A stretch of 64,000 nt of DNA from Vicinamibacteria bacterium (GCA_963555995.3 OY821641.1:1600001-1664000); one strand, 5' to 3'; numbered from the stretch's first letter, positions 21,318-30,375 are shown. Notes: generated from the sequence alone by a model not told the origin. Made by a program: numbers and translations.

Positions 21318-21832
21318 GCGACCCGGCGTCGGCGATCCGGGCGCTGATGCGCCGGGCGCCGCAACTGGTGACCGTCGTGACCGCCCGTGGTCCGGACGGG
21401 CCGAGGGGAATCACCGTCAGTTCCTTCACTTCGGTGAGCCTCGACCCGCCGCTGGTGCTCGTCTCGATCATGAATTCGGCCCGGGCGCACCCCGCCATCG
21501 CCGCGGGCGCTTTCCGGGTGCACCTGCTGGCGTCCGACCAGGCCGATGTTTCCGGGCACTTCGCCAAACCCGGGCTCGACGCGAACACCCAGTTCGGAGG
21601 CCGGTTCGCCGAAGCCGTGGAGGCGGGCGGAACGGAGGATCCGCCCCGGATTCCCGGCTGCATCGGCTGGCTCCGCTGCGTGACCGCCGGGTCCCATGCC
21701 GAGGGCGACCACACGCTGTTCATCGGAAGAGTGACGGAGGGCAGGGTGGAGCGGGCCGAGGCCGCTCCCTTGCTTTACTACGACCGGGGCTATCGCGAAG
21801 TGGGAGGCGTCCCGGGTGATTCGCCGGGCTGA
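21314..21832 (+). CDS. Flavin reductase family protein (HpaC-like)
   Basis: VTVVT, GITVSSFTSVSLDPPLVLVS, GDHTLFIGRV, PLLYY..GY. Confidence 0.92.
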   Translation: MSDPASAIRALMRRAPQLVTVVTARGPDGPRGITVSSFTSVSLDPPLVLVSIMNSARAHPAIAAGAFRVHLLASDQADVSGHFAKPGLDANTQFGGRFAEAVEAGGTEDPPRIPGCIGWLRCVTAGSHAEGDHTLFIGRVTEGRVERAEAAPLLYYDRGYREVGGVPGDSPG

Positions 21833-21836
21833 TCCG

Positions 21837-22718
21837 ATGCGCATTCCGGGAGCCGCGCTGCTCTTCCTGCTGGGAGCCGGAAGTCTCGCCGGCTGTGGGG
21901 GCGGCGAGGAAGCGCCCCCGCCCGCCGAAGAACCGGCGCCGGTGGAAGAGGCCCCGCCCGCCCCGGAGCCGGAGCCGGCGAGGCCCGCCCCGCCGCCGCC
22001 CCCGCCGCCGCCGACAACCGGCGGTCTGCAGGTGGAGGGGACCGAGGGGGCGCGCGTGGTGCTGGACGGCCGGGTGCTGGGCACCGTGCCGGGCGCCTGG
22101 GAGGATCTGGACGCCGGGGAGTATCCGGTTCGGGTGGAGAAGGAGGGCTTCCACCCGCTGGAGGTGAGCATCACGATCCGGGGCGGCCGCACGCGGTCGC
22201 TGGCCGCGGAGCTCGTCGAAATGCTGGGGTCCATCACGGTGGAGAGCGACGTGGCGGGCGCGAACGTTTTCCTGAACCGGAACTTCAAGGGGAACACGCC
22301 GGTGACCATCAGCGACCTGAGCCCGGGTGAATACAGCCTGACCGTGTCGGTGGAGGGGCGCGACGTGGTGTCCCGGAAGGTCGAGGTGGGCCGGCGGCGG
22401 GTCCCGGTCCGGGTGGAGTTCGGCGACCCGGCGGCCTCGCTGGACGTCCGGGTCGCCGTGGTCCACAAACACCGCTTCGGGTCGTGCGAGGGGACGCTGG
22501 TCGCCACGCCGGAGGGGTTCGACTACCGGACCGATCACAAGGACGCCTTCCGGCTGTCGTTTGGCCAGACGGAACGGTTCGAGATCGATTACCTGCAGAA
22601 CAACCTGCGTCTCAAGGTGCGGGGCGGGCGCACCTACAACTTCGAGTCGCCGACCGAGGACCTGGACGCGCTGTTCGTGTTCCACCGCGACGTCGCCGCG
22701 TTTCGCGAGCAACGGTAA
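21837..22718 (+). CDS. PEGA-domain lipoprotein
   Basis: Lipobox LAGC, Pro-rich linker, two PEGA repeats (GARVVLDG...GEYPVRVEKEGF; GANVFLN...GNTPV...GEYSLTV). Confidence 0.8.
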   Translation: MRIPGAALLFLLGAGSLAGCGGGEEAPPPAEEPAPVEEAPPAPEPEPARPAPPPPPPPPTTGGLQVEGTEGARVVLDGRVLGTVPGAWEDLDAGEYPVRVEKEGFHPLEVSITIRGGRTRSLAAELVEMLGSITVESDVAGANVFLNRNFKGNTPVTISDLSPGEYSLTVSVEGRDVVSRKVEVGRRRVPVRVEFGDPAASLDVRVAVVHKHRFGSCEGTLVATPEGFDYRTDHKDAFRLSFGQTERFEIDYLQNNLRLKVRGGRTYNFESPTEDLDALFVFHRDVAAFREQR

Positions 22719-22734
22719 CGGGCTGATCGCTAGT

Positions 22735-22762
22735 TCTTAACATAATCATCCTTATCGGAAGT
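22735..22762 (-). other. dif-like XerC/XerD recombination site
   Basis: Minus strand reads ACTTCCGATAA-GGATGA-TTATGTTAAGA: 11-6-11 geometry, XerD arm 9/11 identical to E. coli TTATGTTAAAT. It is an AT-rich island in an intergenic region. Confidence 0.8.
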
Positions 22763-22899
22763 CGCGCGAGCGACCCTCGATAAGGATCGAAACCGCCGTG
22801 GGCACCTCCGGAGTGCTCGCGCGCCGTCCGATCAGGGGGCCGTGCTTATCCGAAGTTGCTGCCGCAACTTCCGATAAGCGGGCCGGACGCCAGCGATTT

Positions 22900-23096
22900 G
22901 GAACGCCGGTCTCCAGACCGGCACCGCGGGCCGGAGGCCCGCGCACGTCGTTTCGCTATGGGCCGGAGAAGGCCTCACGCACGGGGAGGATCCAATCTGT
23001 CCGGATTCGCAGACGGGAAAAAGCCACCCAGCGGGACGGCGAGGCGCCGTGCGCGGCGCGGAGCGCCGCGCGTGCCGGTCTGGAGACCGGCGTTCC
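22900..23096. repeat. Inverted REP pair (REPIN-like)
   Basis: GGAACGCCGGTCTCCAGACCGGC (22900-22922) and its exact reverse complement (23074-23096). Confidence 0.85.
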
Positions 23097-23119
23097 AAGC
23101 CGTTTCCGCCGTCATTCCG

Positions 23120-23584
23120 TCAGTCGTCCGGCGACCCGAACCGCTCTTTGAGTCTGGCCGTCCGGTACCTGAAGATCCGCCGCACGTCGGGCGTGACCAG
23201 CAGCCGCTCGACGAGGGCGCCGCCCGGCGCCCGGTAGTGGACCTCGTCGGAAGCGATCACCACCGCTCCCCTGCCCGGACGCTCCTCCACCTCGAACCGG
23301 TGCTCGTGAACCCAGCTCCGGTAGGGGCCGGCCACCTGTTCGTCCACGAAGCGGTGCGGCGGCTCCCAGGCGGTGATCTCGCTGCGCCAGCGAAGCGGGA
23401 TCCCGTGGAGGCGCAGCCGATAATCGATCTGCGCGCCCCGCGACATCGGGATCTCGCCTTCGGTCAGGACCTGGAAACGGAGCCAGGGCGGGGTGAGCAC
23501 CTCCAGATTCCTGGCGCTCGAAAAGAATGCGAAGACGGTCTCCAGCGGAGCCGCCAGCGCGACGGAACATCGAAAGACTGGCAT
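23120..23584 (-). CDS. SRPBCC/START-fold protein
   Basis: VFAFFSSARNLEVLTPPWL, RWRSEIT.WEPP..FVDEQ..GPY..W.HEHRF, IFRYR. Confidence 0.88.
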   Translation of the reverse strand: MPVFRCSVALAAPLETVFAFFSSARNLEVLTPPWLRFQVLTEGEIPMSRGAQIDYRLRLHGIPLRWRSEITAWEPPHRFVDEQVAGPYRSWVHEHRFEVEERPGRGAVVIASDEVHYRAPGGALVERLLVTPDVRRIFRYRTARLKERFGSPDD

Positions 23585-23723
23585 CCGTTCCTGATGGTAA
23601 CCTTCCCCGGTTACTCCTCTTTCGACGCGCTGAGCGGGCGGCGCCAGACCGGTGGCCATCCCACCCGCCGTCCTCCGAAACGAAGTCCCGGCCGCGAGCG
23701 GCGGGCACGAGGCAACATTCGGC

Positions 23724-24149
23724 ATGGCGGACAACGTAGCGGCCCCCGAGGCCCCGATTCCCGGCATTGACTACGAACCGAAGCCGGGCGGGAGCGAAAA
23801 CGCCGGGCAGAAGGCGAACGGCTCGGCCCCGGCGTCCTATTCGATGCTCGAGCCCCGGATGAAGGCCATCTACGGCCAGTTCTACAAGGAAACCTACTTC
23901 TCCGAGAACAAGCACCTCGATCCGAAGGTTCAGGAACTGATCGCCCTCGCCTGCTCCCTGATTGCCCAGTGCGAGGGCTGCCTCGACGGGCACGTGAAGA
24001 AGGCCCTCAAGCTCGGGGCGACCAAGGAAGAGATCAGCGAGGCCATCGTGATCGCCATCGGCATCAACGCCGCCGCGATCGTGGACCAGACGGACCGCAC
24101 GGCCACGCGCCTCGGGCTGAACCACTTCCCGGCGAAGGTCCGCCTGTAG
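23724..24149 (+). CDS. Carboxymuconolactone decarboxylase / AhpD-like protein
   Basis: LDPKVQELIALA...QCEGCLDGH...GATKEEI.EAI, containing a CxxC motif. Confidence 0.85.
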   Translation: MADNVAAPEAPIPGIDYEPKPGGSENAGQKANGSAPASYSMLEPRMKAIYGQFYKETYFSENKHLDPKVQELIALACSLIAQCEGCLDGHVKKALKLGATKEEISEAIVIAIGINAAAIVDQTDRTATRLGLNHFPAKVRL

Positions 24150-24177
24150 CCAGCGACCCCTGGTCGCTCAGGGGTTT

Positions 24178-25275
24178 TCAGGGAGCGAAGACCCCCTCCC
24201 CCGCCCCGGCGGGGTCGGGTCGCGCGGACCGGTGCGATTCCAGCGCCTCGCGCGCGGCGGTCTCGATTTCCGCGTCCACCCGCGCCTCGATGTCGTTCAG
24301 GACGGACTCCGCCACGGGCTCGTTCCCGGCCCCGCCCCGGCGCAGGAAGGCGCGGTAGGTGCGGACCGGATCGCGCCGGCCATAGTGCTCGAACAATGCG
24401 GCGGGAAGGATCCTCCGACTCTCGCCCTCGTCGTGGGTGGCGTGGCCCCCCATCCGGAACGTCTCGGCAAGCAGGAACGCGGGGCGCCGGTGTTCCCGCA
24501 CATCGGCCCGGGCGAGCCCGGTGGCGGCGAAGACGTCCAGCACGTTGTTCCCATCCACCCGGAAGGTGGGGACGCCGTATCCGGCGCCGAGCTGCGCGAG
24601 CCGTTCTTCCCCGCCCTCCGCCAGCGGGGTCCCGAGCGCGATCCGGTTGTTCTGGATCACCACGATGAGCGGCGCCCGGAGCGCCACGGCGGACACCACC
24701 CCCTCGTGGAACGCGGCCGTTCCCGTCGTGCCGTCCCCGGCCCAGGTCAAGGCCACCCGCGACTCCCCCCGGAGCCGGAAAGCGAGCGCCACACCGGCGC
24801 ACACCGGCACGAGGGAACCGACCATGCTGATCGGGGCCAGGATGCCTCGCTCCAGGTCCCCGAAGTGGAGGTCCCTGCCCCGCGCCGGTCCGTCTCCGGT
24901 GCCGAGGGCCCCCCGGAACATGGAGGCCAGGCTCATCCCCCGTTCGTGACACGCCCCGACGTTGCGGATCATCGGTCCGACCACGTCGTCCGGTCCCAGC
25001 GCGTGGCAGGCGCCCACCGTGACCGCTTCCTCCCCTGCCCCCAGCCACGCCTTGGACAGGACGCCGGACCGGACCCAGCGCTTCAACTGGAGGTCGTGGA
25101 GACGATTTCTTACCAGGCCCTCGTAGAGGCGTAACCGCGCGGCCTCGTCGAGCGTCCCGACGACCCGCGCGCGCTCCGGGTCGGCCAGGACGGCGGTTTC
25201 GTAGTCCCGCAGCAGCCCGGCGTCCTCGCGCCAGGCCACGTATTCCGGGGGGTCGAGCCCGGGGACGCCTCTCAC
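24178..25275 (-). CDS. TPP-dependent 2-oxoacid dehydrogenase E1 alpha subunit
   Basis: GEEA, GDG TPP motif followed by QNN, RVDGNNVL, FRMGGHATHD, RDP. Confidence 0.88.
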   Translation of the reverse strand: MRGVPGLDPPEYVAWREDAGLLRDYETAVLADPERARVVGTLDEAARLRLYEGLVRNRLHDLQLKRWVRSGVLSKAWLGAGEEAVTVGACHALGPDDVVGPMIRNVGACHERGMSLASMFRGALGTGDGPARGRDLHFGDLERGILAPISMVGSLVPVCAGVALAFRLRGESRVALTWAGDGTTGTAAFHEGVVSAVALRAPLIVVIQNNRIALGTPLAEGGEERLAQLGAGYGVPTFRVDGNNVLDVFAATGLARADVREHRRPAFLLAETFRMGGHATHDEGESRRILPAALFEHYGRRDPVRTYRAFLRRGGAGNEPVAESVLNDIEARVDAEIETAAREALESHRSARPDPAGAGEGVFAP

Positions 25276-25288
25276 GCCGAGCGGTGGG

Positions 25289-26794
25289 TCAGGCGGAAAC
25301 GCCGTTCCAGCGAACGAGTTCCCCGGCGATCCGGTTTTCGACGGCGTCGGCGTTCCACGAGTTCCGGAGGCCGTTCGTCATCACCGAAAAACCCAGGGCG
25401 CGGCCTTCGGCGGCGAGCGGGAACGCGACCCCCGAGAGGGAGCTGACGCCGCTGAGGGTGCCGGTCTTGGCGATCACCCGTCCGAGGGTCTCTTCTCCGA
25501 ACAGCCGCCGCGAGAGCGTGCCGTCCACGCCCGATACCGCCAGGGAGCACAGGAAGTCGGTCCGCAGTTCGGGCTGGCTGTAGAGGTCGCGGACCACCGC
25601 CACCAGCAGGCGGGCGCTCAGCTTGTTCTCCCGCGAGAGCCCCGAGCCGTCGTCCACGGCGAAGGTCGAGGCCGGAAAGCCGAGCCCCACGAGGTATTCC
25701 TCGAGGGCCCGCACGCCCTTCTCGCGGGTGCCGGGCGGCCCCCAGCGGTGGGCGCCGACGGCGAAGAGCAACTGCTCCGCCGACCAGTTGTTGCTGTACT
25801 TGCCGAGGGCCTCCAGCACCTGGGTGAGCGGCGCGGAGTCATGGCGGTACAACAGCAGTTTCCGCTCGGGATGCTCCAGCGTTCCGCGGCGCGGTGCGCC
25901 GGTCACCGCGACGCCCCGCTCCACGAGCTTTCCCTTCAGCGCGTACCCGAAGTAGAGCGCCGGTTCCGTGGCCGTGAACTGCGCCACCCGCTCGTTGCCG
26001 TTCCGCAGGATGCGTCCCTGGAGCCGGATGCGACGGGTTCCCCGGCGCTGGGCGAGGATGTAGGGGCGCCCCGAGTTCCGGAGCACCATCCGGTTCTGGA
26101 CCTCGTAGTAGCCGTAGCCCTCGTCGCGGACGCCGGGACGATTGCCCTCTCCGGGCACGCCGGCGACCTCCACCCGGTTCCAGTGGTAACCGAGGGCGCT
26201 CTGGATGGGCTCGCGGTAACGAATGCGCCGCCGCACGAGAGCCTGGTCCGTTTCCTGGACTTCGAAGAACGAGTCGTCCAGCACGATGTCGCCCCGGATT
26301 TCGGTGATGCCGGCCGCCGCCAGCGAGTCCGCGACGTAATCCAGGTCGTGCCGCTGCACGCTGGGATCGCCGGACCCGAAGACGTGGACCGGACCCTCGA
26401 TCACCCCGGCCCCGGTCGGTGGCGCATCCACCAGCAGGCGCGTCGGGAAGCGGTAGCTCGGTCCCAGGTAGTGGAGGCAGGCCCCCATCACCGGCAGCTT
26501 CATTCCGGACGCCGGCACGTAGGTCCGGTCCGGGTTGTGTCGAAAGAGCGCCGCCCCGGTTTCGAGGTCCTCCACGTGAATCCCGATCGCCCGGTTCAGG
26601 CCGAAGCGCCGCCGCACCGCATGGAGCCTCCTCCCGAGGTCCGCGAGCGAGTCCTCCGAGAACGGCGCCGTCCGTTCCCGGCCCCCGGCCGGGCTCGCCA
26701 GCGCGAGTCCGGGCGCCCCCGCAAGCACCCGCAGCGCGCGGCGGCGGTCCAACCGCCAGTCGGCGGCGCCGTGTCGCGGGCGGGGCGGGTTCAC
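25289..26794 (-). CDS. dacB: D-Ala-D-Ala carboxypeptidase/endopeptidase PBP4 (peptidase S13), possible Tat signal
   Basis: PASGMK (SxxK), SNN, DGSGLSRENK, AKTGTL; N-terminal DRRRAL. Start is approximate. Confidence 0.9.
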   Translation of the reverse strand: MNPPRPRHGAADWRLDRRRALRVLAGAPGLALASPAGGRERTAPFSEDSLADLGRRLHAVRRRFGLNRAIGIHVEDLETGAALFRHNPDRTYVPASGMKLPVMGACLHYLGPSYRFPTRLLVDAPPTGAGVIEGPVHVFGSGDPSVQRHDLDYVADSLAAAGITEIRGDIVLDDSFFEVQETDQALVRRRIRYREPIQSALGYHWNRVEVAGVPGEGNRPGVRDEGYGYYEVQNRMVLRNSGRPYILAQRRGTRRIRLQGRILRNGNERVAQFTATEPALYFGYALKGKLVERGVAVTGAPRRGTLEHPERKLLLYRHDSAPLTQVLEALGKYSNNWSAEQLLFAVGAHRWGPPGTREKGVRALEEYLVGLGFPASTFAVDDGSGLSRENKLSARLLVAVVRDLYSQPELRTDFLCSLAVSGVDGTLSRRLFGEETLGRVIAKTGTLSGVSSLSGVAFPLAAEGRALGFSVMTNGLRNSWNADAVENRIAGELVRWNGVSA

Positions 26795-26927
26795 CGGGCG
26801 CCCTCGATGGCTTCCCGAAGCAGCACGGGGCGAAAGGATACCCCGGCCCGCCCGCCGGGAGCCGGGCCCGACCGCGCCGGGGCCGCCGGTAGAATGCGGA
26901 ACCGGCGCGCGCCAACGGAGGTCCGTG

Positions 26928-27233
26928 ATGACCAAACGCGATCCGAAACACCTGACCCGCCGGCAGTTGCTGGGGGGCGCAGTGACCGCTCCCCTGCTGC
27001 TCGCGGGCTGCAGTACCGGCCCGAATCCGGGCGAGGGGCCGACCGTCGCGGCGCTCGAATACGCGAACAGCTTGCTCGACCATCCCCTGCCCGCCGAGCG
27101 GCTCCCGGCGATCCTGCCGGCGGTGCGAATGAACCACGCTTTCTTCCGGGCCGTCCGGGAACTCGAGATCCCCGATCTCGTGGAGCCCGGCGTGATGTTC
27201 GTGGCGCGCGGTCCCGAGGCCGGGGAGGACTGA
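26928..27233 (+). CDS. Small Tat lipoprotein, possible amidase small subunit (GatC/AtzG-like C-terminus)
   Basis: TRRQLL twin-arginine motif, lipobox LAGC, C-terminal RELEIPDLVEPGVMF. Ends 3 nt before the amidase start. Confidence 0.6.
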   Translation: MTKRDPKHLTRRQLLGGAVTAPLLLAGCSTGPNPGEGPTVAALEYANSLLDHPLPAERLPAILPAVRMNHAFFRAVRELEIPDLVEPGVMFVARGPEAGED

Positions 27234-27236
27234 GGC

Positions 27237-28661
27237 GTGATCCCCGAACTCTGCCGGCTCAGCGCCCGGAGGCTCTCCGAGCGCATCCGCACCGGCGGCC
27301 TTTCGCCGGTCGAGGTCGTGGAGGCCCACCTCGCCCACATCGAGGCGACAGACCCCGCGATCAACTCGTTCATCACCGTGACGGCAGACCACGCCCTCGC
27401 CCGAGCCCGCGAAGCGGAAGCCGAGATCGCGGCGGGCAACTGGCGCGGCCCGCTCCACGGCATCCCTTACGCCCCGAAGGACATCCTCGCGACCGCGGGC
27501 ATCCTGACCACGAACGGCTCCCGGGCCACCGCCGACTGGGTGCCCGACTACGAATCCACGATCACGGCGCGGCTGAACGACGCCGGCGCAATCCTGATCG
27601 GCAAGCTGAACCTGCTCGAGTTCGCCATGGGGAGCGGCGTGCTCTCGGGCTTCGGCCCGGCAAGAAACCCCTGGGCCACCGACTACACCCCGTCCGGTTC
27701 TTCCTCCGGCTCCGGCGCGGCGCTCGCCGCCCGTCTGACGCCCCTGTCCATCGGCACCGACACCGGGGGGTCCATTCGCGGCCCGGCCGCCGCCTGCGGC
27801 GTCGTCGGCCTGAAGCAGACCTACGGCCGCGTCAGCCGGTTCGGGGTCACCACCCTGAGCTGGACGCTCGACCACGCCGGTCCCATGACCCGGACGGCCT
27901 GGGACGCCGCCGCCATGCTCGGCGCCATCGCCGGGCCGGACCCGCGCGATCCGACCGCGGCCGAGGAACCCGTGCCGGACTACCTTGCGGGGCTCACGCC
28001 CGACGTTGCCGGCTTGCGGATCGGCGTGCCGGTATCCGGTTTCTTCGAGGCGGCGACCGACGAGGTCCAGGCGGCGGTCCATGCCGCGATCGCCCTGCTC
28101 ACCGCCGACGGCGCGGAGATCGTCGAGGTCGAAGTGCCCCACGCGGAGCTCGCCGGGAGCGCCGGCTGGATCGTCGCGATGGCGGAGGCCGCCACGTTCC
28201 ACGAGAAGCGTCTCGCCGAACAGCCGGAGGATCTCGATCCGCTGGTACGCGAACGGCTGGAGGTGGCCAGGTTCTATCCCGCCACCGACTACATCAAGGC
28301 GCTGCGGCTGCGCACCCTGTTGCAGCAGGAGATGGCCGAGGTCTTCCGTAGCTGCGACGTGATGATCGTGCCCAGTTCCCTCTTCCCGGCCGACCCGCTC
28401 CGGTCGGAGGCGGCGGCCATGAGCGACGTCCGCGCCGGGACCGATCCCGATGCGCTGGACAGCCGTCCGGGAAACACCTTCATCGGGAACATGACCGGAT
28501 ACCCGGGCCTCACCATGGGATGCGGGTTCACCGCGGAGGCCCCGAAGCGGCCCCTCGCCCTCCAGATCTACGGGCCGCCTTTCTCCGAGGGCCGCCTGCT
28601 CCAGGTGGCCCACGCCTACCAGGAACGCACCGCCTGGCACGAGGAGCTGCCGCCGATCTGA
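27237..28661 (+). CDS. Amidase signature family protein (GatA/AtzE-like)
   Basis: GPLHGIPYAPKD, GSSSGSGAA, GTDTGGSIRGPA. Confidence 0.93.
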   Translation: MIPELCRLSARRLSERIRTGGLSPVEVVEAHLAHIEATDPAINSFITVTADHALARAREAEAEIAAGNWRGPLHGIPYAPKDILATAGILTTNGSRATADWVPDYESTITARLNDAGAILIGKLNLLEFAMGSGVLSGFGPARNPWATDYTPSGSSSGSGAALAARLTPLSIGTDTGGSIRGPAAACGVVGLKQTYGRVSRFGVTTLSWTLDHAGPMTRTAWDAAAMLGAIAGPDPRDPTAAEEPVPDYLAGLTPDVAGLRIGVPVSGFFEAATDEVQAAVHAAIALLTADGAEIVEVEVPHAELAGSAGWIVAMAEAATFHEKRLAEQPEDLDPLVRERLEVARFYPATDYIKALRLRTLLQQEMAEVFRSCDVMIVPSSLFPADPLRSEAAAMSDVRAGTDPDALDSRPGNTFIGNMTGYPGLTMGCGFTAEAPKRPLALQIYGPPFSEGRLLQVAHAYQERTAWHEELPPI

Positions 28662-28746
28662 CCCCGGCCGCGCTGCGGGAGCGCCGCATCCCGGCCGGCT
28701 GTTGCCCGGCCGACGCGCCGCGGGAAGGTGCGGGTATGCTTGAAGC

Positions 28747-29349
28747 ATGTGCGGAGCAGGAAAGCGCGCGGCGCTCGCCCGAAGGATCGCCGGGTTGGTT
28801 CTGGTGGGCGCCGGCGGACTCTTCGGCTCGGGCGTCTTCGCGGCGGCGCAGCACGGGGAGTCGGGTGAGCCGGAGGCGTTCCGGAACCCGTACGCGTGGC
28901 CCTCGCTGTCGCAGTTGGTGGAAAGCTCGGACACCATCGTCGCCGGTGAGGTCCTCGACCTCCGCTCGGCCTGGACCGCGGACCGTCGCGAAATCTTCAC
29001 CACCGTGACGCTCCGCACCGAGCGGAGCTTCAAGGGCGCCGCCCGACACCTCGTCCGGTTCCGGGTCCCCGGCGGAACGGTCGGGGACACCCGGATGATC
29101 GTCACGCACTCGGCGCAGTTCATGACGGGCGAACGGGCGCTGGTTTTCCTGGCCGGCGAGAGCGGGCGGCTTCCCCGCGTGACCGCCGGAGAGGCCGGCA
29201 AGCGGCACCTGCGCACCGACGCGGACGGCGCCGAGCGCATCCTCCCGGGATTCACCCTCGCAGACATAGACCCGGGCACATCGGGGCTCGACACGCTGGA
29301 CGATCTGGCCGAAGCCCTCGCCGGCCCCTTGGCGGCCGCTTCCCGTTAG
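28747..29349 (+). CDS. Secreted hypothetical protein (similar to the N-terminal domains found with matrixin-like proteases)
   Basis: Signal peptide, SLSQLVESSDTIVAGEV, PGGTVG, F..GERALVFL. Confidence 0.65.
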   Translation: MCGAGKRAALARRIAGLVLVGAGGLFGSGVFAAAQHGESGEPEAFRNPYAWPSLSQLVESSDTIVAGEVLDLRSAWTADRREIFTTVTLRTERSFKGAARHLVRFRVPGGTVGDTRMIVTHSAQFMTGERALVFLAGESGRLPRVTAGEAGKRHLRTDADGAERILPGFTLADIDPGTSGLDTLDDLAEALAGPLAAASR

Positions 29350-29359
29350 CCGTTCCCTC

Positions 29360-30352
29360 GTGTCCTTCCAAACATTCCCCCGTGACGTTCCCCGTGCGCT
29401 CGTTCGCCTCTGCCTGCCCCTCCTGGTCCTTTTCGGGTGCGGAGGCGGAGACGGCTCCACCCCGACATTTCTGAGCCTCGGGACGGCGCCGCCGGGCGGG
29501 GCCTTCTTCGTGGTCGGCGGGGCGCTCGCCGAAGTGCTGGACGAGGCCGGGATGCGCGTGACCGCCGAGGCCACCAAGGGATCGGGCGAGAACATCCGGC
29601 GGCTGGCTTCCGGCGAGCTGGATTTCGCCATCTCGAACGCCGCGGTCACCTATTTCGCGGCGCGCGGCGAGGACGGCTGGGGCCGGGCTTATCCCGTCCA
29701 GGCGGTCATGACCCTGGCGCCCAACGTGGCGACCTTCGTGTCTCCCCGGCGGCACGAAGTGCACCGGATCCAGGACCTCGCCGGGAAACGGGTGGTCGTG
29801 GGGGTGGCGGGCGCCGGGTTCGAGCACTTCATCCGGCCGATCGTCGAGGCGCACGGGGTCACCTACGAGGACTTCATCCCGCTCTACAACACCCAGGCGG
29901 GCGCCGTGGACATGCTGAGCGACGACTCGGCGGCGGCCGCCTTCCTCGGCGGCGCCGTTCCCACCGCCTCCATCGTGCAGGCGACCGCGGGCATGGACAC
30001 GCTGCTGGTGCCGCTCGATCCCGACGTCAGGAACTCCCTGCCGGAGCGGTATCCCTTCTATCGCGAGGCCGTCATTCCGGCGGAGACCTACCGGGGGCAG
30101 GACGAGGACTACCTGGGTCTCGACGTGGGTTCGATGCACGTCATCACCCGCGCCGACGCCGACGAGGAGACGGTCTATCGGGTCACCCGGACGCTCTGGG
30201 AGCGCCGGGAGTCGGTGGTGGAGAAGCACCCCGCCGGGCGGGCGATCAACGAGAACAACGCCTCCCGGAACACCGGCGTCGTCTTCCATCCGGGCGCGGA
30301 GCGCTTCTATCGGGAGATCGGGATCTGGCCGGACTCCGCTCCCGAGCCCTGA
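29360..30352 (+). CDS. TAXI-family TRAP transporter solute receptor
   Basis: Lipobox FGC, GTAPPGGAFF, TKGSGENI, FHPGAERFYRE. Confidence 0.92.
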   Translation: MSFQTFPRDVPRALVRLCLPLLVLFGCGGGDGSTPTFLSLGTAPPGGAFFVVGGALAEVLDEAGMRVTAEATKGSGENIRRLASGELDFAISNAAVTYFAARGEDGWGRAYPVQAVMTLAPNVATFVSPRRHEVHRIQDLAGKRVVVGVAGAGFEHFIRPIVEAHGVTYEDFIPLYNTQAGAVDMLSDDSAAAAFLGGAVPTASIVQATAGMDTLLVPLDPDVRNSLPERYPFYREAVIPAETYRGQDEDYLGLDVGSMHVITRADADEETVYRVTRTLWERRESVVEKHPAGRAINENNASRNTGVVFHPGAERFYREIGIWPDSAPEP

Positions 30353-30375
30353 GTCCGCTCTGAACCTCGCTCCTG

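Noticed and set aside
27237-28661. Calling the amidase gatA
   Set aside because: No gatB nearby, and the upstream small protein has a Tat/lipoprotein signal, unlike GatC of the tRNA amidotransferase.
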